Shown: positions 36,889 through 41,528 of the stretch, one piece after another
Position numbering within the stretch: the first letter of the stretch is position 1
Layout of the letters: each line of letters begins with the position of its first letter
Sequence record: PV231354.1
Strand: one strand, 5' to 3'
DNA: 64,000 nt
Notes under the pieces: generated by a model
What the model saw: the letters and a program-made list of their open reading frames with translations, nothing else
Told to the model about the DNA's origin: nothing
Databases searched by the model: none
Position numbers and translations under genes: made by a program

Positions 36889-38589
36889 TTACAGGTGCCA
36901 GCGCGAGCCGGTGAAGGTGATCAGCGCGCGCTTGCCGTTCGGGTATTGCACGCAGTGGGTGTGCGCCCAGGACGAGGGACCCTTGTTGTAGCCCATGTCG
37001 AGCAGGGAGGTCGTCCCGGTGTTGTAGGCGCTCTCGTAGATGCCCGGCGAATGGGTATGGCCGAACGTCACCTTCGGCCCCAGTTCGGCGAACTGCTTGA
37101 TGTTGCCGCGCGAGCCGTTGGTCCCGTTGTGGCCGTGGACCGAGTGCTCGACCTTGCCCTTCATGTGGGATTGGTCCTGGAAGAGGAACTTGACCCCCTC
37201 GCAGGCCCAGGCCGTGAACTTGTTCTGCATGACCCAGGAGAAGATCGAGAACCCGCTTTCGCGCTCGCGGATCGAGCGGTATTTGCGCGCCTGACATTCC
37301 AGGAAGAACTCGGCGTTGACCGGGTCCTGGCGGTAGTCGGCCGTCTTCAGCCACTTCTCAAGCGCCAGATCGTGGTTGCTCTCGACCACCGCGATCTCGG
37401 TGTCGGGGTGGTCGGCCGCCAGGACCGACATGAACATCGCCACCTCGCGAAGCTCTTCCTCGACGCTCTCGGTCCCGTTGATGTAGAGCCAGTAGCGGTC
37501 GTGGGGGTCGGAGATGTTGTGGTGGTTGCGCGCCCGGAAGTCCGAGACGTCGTGCAGGAACACGTTCTCGGGCCGCAGGACGTCGATCATGCTGGGCGTC
37601 GCCTGCTTGACCCAGACGCGGCCGTTCGCCGTGCGCTGCTCGGTGGGGAAGAACCCGAACGTGCCGGCCGAGACCTGGGGGTCGATCTGGGCGACGTGGA
37701 TGTCGCCCGGCGTCAGGGCGGTGACCCGGTGGGCCTCGGTGACCTTGCCGTCCTGGACGAAGCGGTCCAGGTCGTAGAACGAGCCGTCCTTGTCGCCCAG
37801 CAGGTGGCGGCAGAAGAACGTGCCGTCCTCGTCGATCTCGACCAGGACAGCCCCGAGTTGGTGGTGGTGCTGGGCCTTCTGGCCCGCCAGCTTGGGAATG
37901 TAGTTCGGCTTGGTGACGGCGCCGGTCGTCATGTTCTGCTTGGACGGCTGGTCCTTCATCGTCGCGATGCTGGCCAGTTGGACCTTGGCGTGCGGGAAGA
38001 TGCCCCAGCGCTCACCCGAGTAGGTCTTCAGGCCTGAGATCGGGTTGACGTTGGTCGGCAGGGCGTTGATGTTGCCCAGGAACTCGACGCGGTCGCCCAG
38101 TTGGACGCGATCGACGATCAGGTAGTCCATGACGCGCTCGTGGTAGACCGAGGCGTGCTTGGCGTGATCTTCGAACAGGCGCTTGGAGTAGGTGAAGCCG
38201 GCGATCATGATGTCGCACGGTGCGTCCTGGCGCAGGTATTCGGCGTAGGCCTCCAGGTTGTCCACGAACTCGTCATGGACGTAGGTGGCGTCCTGGGCCG
38301 ACGACAGAATGAAGCGCCGGCGCCCGGTGTCGGGGCCGACCGGGATGACCCGCGCTTCCGGGATCGGGCGGTGCGAGAACGGGTCCTTGCGCATCGCGTA
38401 GAGGCGATTTTGCAGGGTCGTGCGCTTGACGCTGTACTTGCGGGAGAACGCCCGCTGGCCGCCGGCCTTCTTGACCATCGCCAGCAGTTCGATCGGCTCG
38501 ACCGAGTAGATGTCGAAGGGGCCGTCCTTGGGCAGGGTCACCTTCATCCGCTTGGCGGCCTTGGAGGCGTGTTCGAACTCAGCCGGCAT
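36889..38589 (-). CDS. Putative calcineurin-like metallophosphoesterase with an N-terminal HTH-like region
   Basis: GDIH, FLHD, VESNHD, VHGHNG, FGHTHSP motifs. Confidence 0.7.
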   Translation of the reverse strand: MPAEFEHASKAAKRMKVTLPKDGPFDIYSVEPIELLAMVKKAGGQRAFSRKYSVKRTTLQNRLYAMRKDPFSHRPIPEARVIPVGPDTGRRRFILSSAQDATYVHDEFVDNLEAYAEYLRQDAPCDIMIAGFTYSKRLFEDHAKHASVYHERVMDYLIVDRVQLGDRVEFLGNINALPTNVNPISGLKTYSGERWGIFPHAKVQLASIATMKDQPSKQNMTTGAVTKPNYIPKLAGQKAQHHHQLGAVLVEIDEDGTFFCRHLLGDKDGSFYDLDRFVQDGKVTEAHRVTALTPGDIHVAQIDPQVSAGTFGFFPTEQRTANGRVWVKQATPSMIDVLRPENVFLHDVSDFRARNHHNISDPHDRYWLYINGTESVEEELREVAMFMSVLAADHPDTEIAVVESNHDLALEKWLKTADYRQDPVNAEFFLECQARKYRSIRERESGFSIFSWVMQNKFTAWACEGVKFLFQDQSHMKGKVEHSVHGHNGTNGSRGNIKQFAELGPKVTFGHTHSPGIYESAYNTGTTSLLDMGYNKGPSSWAHTHCVQYPNGKRALITFTGSRWHL

Positions 38590-39280
38590 AGAGAAGCTCC
38601 GGTTTGGCGCTGACGGGCTTGGACCAGTCCCAGACGAACCACGCGTAGGCGAAGCGCGGCGCGCCCTTGGTCCCCTCGATCCAGCGGGGGCGATGGCGAA
38701 GGGTGACCTTCGCGGCGAAGGCGGGGTGATCGAAGAGGTCGGCGCGCGAGCGCGCGGCGTCCCATTCGTGGCGGCAGAGGAAGGCGACGAAGCCCTTGTC
38801 GGCTTCCATCAGCTTCAGGGCATGACGGGCGGCGCGCTCGGCGTCCTTACCGTAGGGCGGGTTGGAGATGATGGCGTCCGGGCGCGCCGGCAGCGGGGTG
38901 ACCTTGCGTTCCTTGCCCTCGTCGTCGAGGACCACCGCCGGCCGGGCCTTCAGCGCGCCCAGGCGATCCAGGTCGTCCGGCGTGAGCTTGAAGAAGTCCT
39001 CGACCGCGTCCACGTCGAAGCCCTCGTAGCGATGGATGTCCGTGGAAAGGACCTCCTGCACGTAGGGCCGCAGCGGGTTGGCGATCGCGCCGTTGCCCGC
39101 GAAGGGCTCCCAGACATAGAAGCCGGCGAACTCGTCGCCCATGGCCTCGATCAGCGCGTCGAACGCGGGACGAGGCGTCGGATAGAAATCCAAGGGGTTC
39201 CTGGCATAGCCCGAGGCGCCCAGCATGGAGGGGTCTTTGCGACCGGCATCGGAGAGAGACATGGCCAGGAGGGATGTCAT
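38579..39280 (-). CDS. Amino-type (N6-adenine/N4-cytosine) DNA methyltransferase
   Basis: DFYPTP, WEPFAGNG (SAM-binding), IISNPPY (catalytic motif IV). Confidence 0.8.
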   Translation of the reverse strand: MTSLLAMSLSDAGRKDPSMLGASGYARNPLDFYPTPRPAFDALIEAMGDEFAGFYVWEPFAGNGAIANPLRPYVQEVLSTDIHRYEGFDVDAVEDFFKLTPDDLDRLGALKARPAVVLDDEGKERKVTPLPARPDAIISNPPYGKDAERAARHALKLMEADKGFVAFLCRHEWDAARSRADLFDHPAFAAKVTLRHRPRWIEGTKGAPRFAYAWFVWDWSKPVSAKPELLYAG

Positions 39281-39339
39281 GGTTAACGAAGGGTGTCAAG
39301 ATTCACGACATTGACTGTCGTGACGCACCACGCTACACA
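39279..39339. promoter_or_regulatory. Back-to-back promoters: leftward TCGTGAATCTTGAC (39295-39308) and rightward TTGACT-17-TACACA (39311-39339)
   Basis: Motifs read directly; ATGGTTAAC at 39279-39287. Confidence 0.6.
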
Positions 39340-39972
39340 CCCTCGACGAGGCGGTCTCCTGCTCCTAGCGCGCGCTCTCCAGCCTTTCCGAGGGCGATGC
39401 GCCGGACCTGCTGAGCATGGGAATCCAGAGCGAGGCAGCGCTCTGCTCCCCAAAGAGTGGGCCAAGCGGTGCGGGCGGAAAGGCTCCGGGTCCGTGGCTC
39501 CATGCAATGCGCAGGAGAGACCGTGCTCCTTCTGACGCAGCGGGCGCCCGACGTTGCGGGTCGTGAGGCGAGGCCGGCCGAGATGATCAACGGCCTGGGG
39601 CGGGAGGGGCTTGACCTCTCCCGCATCCGCCTCTAGCGTCACCATCAATCAGGCGCAGCACTGCCTCACGATCGGACCATGTTCGGCTCCCGGTCCTGGA
39701 GCTTGGAAGCCTCACTCTGGAGCAGGACTGCCGCTGCGCCGGGGACGGTTTGGACGACGCACCCGTCCATGAGGCGAACGCCGGCCAAGACATGGCACGA
39801 GGCGTGACGGGGACCAGAGGTCCCACTCCATTCGCCGCGCCGGCGGCAGCAAAGCTCATTGAGCGGATGGTGGCACGGGTGCGAGCCCGATTTTGAGAGC
39901 CAGCGGAGAGCCACCTTCCTCCCTGGCCCGGCGACGACGAAAGCTGGGTGGCTGTAACCGCTCGTCTGAGGG
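39340..39972 (+). ncRNA. Putative large structured ncRNA (~630 nt), family unknown
   Basis: 5' CCCTCGACGAGGCGGT pairs with 3' ACCGCTCGTCTGAGGG; multiple internal helices; promoter upstream, terminator downstream; no credible ORF. Confidence 0.62.
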
Positions 39973-39998
39973 ATGCGTCCCCAAGATCATCAAGACGC

Positions 39999-40030
39999 AA
40001 AAGGCCCCGATCTCGCGATCGGGGCCTTTC
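39999..40030. terminator. Bidirectional intrinsic terminator
   Basis: AAAAGGCCCCGATC-TCGC-GATCGGGGCCTTTC between the convergent large RNA and tRNA-Cys. Confidence 0.8.
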
Positions 40031-40036
40031 AAATTC

Positions 40037-40125
40037 TGGAGCTACGGGAGGGACTCGAACCCTCATAGGTGTCGCCACCAGCAGAGATTTGCAATCCCGC
40101 GCCTAACCTCTCGGACCACCGTAGC
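40037..40125 (-). tRNA. tRNA-Cys(GCA) with a long variable arm
   Basis: GCTACGG/CCGTAGC acceptor stem, U73-CCA encoded, loop TTGCAAA, T arm GAGGG-TTCGAGT-CCCTC, variable hairpin GGTG-GCGA-CACC. Confidence 0.85.
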
Positions 40126-40311
40126 AAAACGGGACTGACGCCCGAAGGCCCAGCCCCGTTCCCGACGATCCAAGGGAGTGCCGTAGCTGTCCCAAGGAGC
40201 ACCGTGACGGCGTGGCAGGCGACTGAAGCCGTCAAGTCGAAGGGCTTCCGGCGCCGGTCACCCTAACCTCCGGGCTCTTGCGAGCGCGAGTGAGGTCCTC
40301 CTACGCCGATC

Positions 40312-40402
40312 CTTATAGCCGAGCCTTCACGCGTCCGCAACGAAAAATGTGTCGTGAGTGATGACTTTTTCCTTGACACCTTCGATTAGGCTCTGGTAGA
40401 GA
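40312..40402. promoter_or_regulatory. Divergent promoters: leftward TTGCGG-17-TATAAG and rightward TTGACA-18-TAGAGA
   Basis: Hexamers at 40335-40340/40312-40317 (minus) and 40373-40378/40397-40402 (plus). Confidence 0.55.
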
Positions 40403-40404
40403 AC

Positions 40405-40760
40405 AGGCATCGTTGTAATTCGGACAACGGAAACGGCGGCAAGACAGGGGTGCGATTCCCCTCGCCTCCACCATGAGCATCCGGCGCTGGGAGTACGCGA
40501 CTCCTGGGCAGGGAGTGTTACCCTGGCGGGCTGCGGCCCGAGCCAAAGGTAGCCGGGTGCTCATGACGGGGGCGATCAGCTTCGATTGGCGCATGTGACT
40601 GGAAGACGCAACGGTGGGTGACCTCCAGGCCAGCTTGCTGGTGATCGGGTCGAAGCAACAGAAATGTCGCTGCAAATGACAACGCTCCGTTCGCGGTGCG
40701 TGAAGCCATCGCCGCCTAATAAGCGGTAGAGGCGTGTCCCGGCGGACGCGCGTGTCACAA
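40405..40760 (+). ncRNA. ssrA: Circularly permuted (two-piece) tmRNA; tag ANDNAPFAVREAIAA
   Basis: Acceptor piece ends AGGGG-TGCGATT-CCCCT-CGCCTCC-A-CCA (40473); coding piece starts GGGGGCG (40568), giving G3.U70; tag ORF 40672-40719 followed by a second TAA; outer ends approximate. Confidence 0.9.
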
Positions 40761-40901
40761 AAAGGCCCTGCATCTACGGACCGGGGCCAGTCCGCCACCC
40801 ACCTTTCGCAGGCGGGGACCTAACTTCGGACGTCTGTCGGGCGATGGATGTTCACCTTGGGTCCCCGTCTTCGAAAGGTGGTCGAAAGACCGTCTAAAAG
40901 A

Positions 40902-40980
40902 CGCGGGGTAGAGGAGTCCGGTTGTCCTCGTCTGGCTCATAACCAGAAGATCAGGGGTTCAAATCCCCTTCCCGCTCCCA
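40902..40980 (+). tRNA. tRNA-Met(CAT), initiator-like
   Basis: CGCGGGG 5' end with C1:U72 mismatch, TCTGG-CTCATAA-CCAGA, AGGGG-TTCAAAT-CCCCT, CCA encoded. Confidence 0.85.
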
Positions 40981-41230
40981 GGACCTGAACGCCGAGGGAC
41001 TCCTAAAGAACGACGGCGTGACACGCTCGGAGAGAACGAGCACTGCAATCCGGGCTATGAGACCGTGATGTAGCGGACGCCGAAGCGAGAGCAGGCGTGA
41101 CACCTGGAGAGACGGGACCAGTTTTCCAGGCCGCATGCTCTCCCGCTCCGGCGAAGGGCGCCGGCGTCAGGGGATGAGGCTAGTTCCCGGCGAAGTGAAA
41201 GCCAGGGCATGCGGCTTGGAAAACTGGTTT

Positions 41231-41317
41231 GGTACGGTGGCTCGACAGGTAAGGCATCGGCCTCATAAGCCGAGGGACTAGCTCCCGATCCTGGTTCAAA
41301 TCCAGGTCGTACCTCCA
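41231..41317 (+). tRNA. tRNA with CAT anticodon, long variable arm and U73 (Met or Ile2; identity uncertain)
   Basis: GGTACGG/TCGTACC, TCGGC-CTCATAA-GCCGA, variable hairpin GGGA-CTAGC-TCCC, CCTGG-TTCAAAT-CCAGG, T-CCA. Confidence 0.82.
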
Positions 41318-41427
41318 ATTCCAGAAGTGCGCTACCCACATAGCTCGGCGAGTTCGTGCTCGGGGCGCTTAAAGAAGAGACAACCCGAAAGGGGAGTAAC
41401 GCGTTCTCGCTTCTGTGACACAACATG

Positions 41428-41458
41428 ACGGCCGCCGGGGCGATCCGGCGGCCGTTTT
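41428..41458 (+). terminator. Intrinsic terminator ending the RNA operon
   Basis: ACGGCCGCCGG-GGCGAT-CCGGCGGCCGT-TTT. Confidence 0.8.
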
Positions 41459-41462
41459 GCTG

Positions 41463-41500
41463 TCGTGAATCTTGACACCTAGGGTCGAGCTAGGCATTAT
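41463..41500 (+). promoter_or_regulatory. Promoter TCGTGAATCTTGACA-17-CATTAT
   Basis: Exact motif copy upstream of the cadherin-repeat gene. Confidence 0.65.
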
Positions 41501-41528
41501 GCCGCTTGACTTTCAGGAGATTTGTGTC

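Noticed and set aside
39340-39972. RNase P RNA or group I/II intron identity for the large RNA
   Set aside because: No GAGGAAAGUCC or 3' P4 strand, no group II domain V, no group I P7 pair; not inside a gene
40037-40125. Selenocysteine-type tRNA
   Set aside because: 7-bp acceptor stem, GCA anticodon and U73 fit Cys; no sel genes seen
39333-41426. Short ORFs called across the RNA island
   Set aside because: They overlap tRNA/tmRNA, lack RBSs and lack the strong GC3 bias of true genes here
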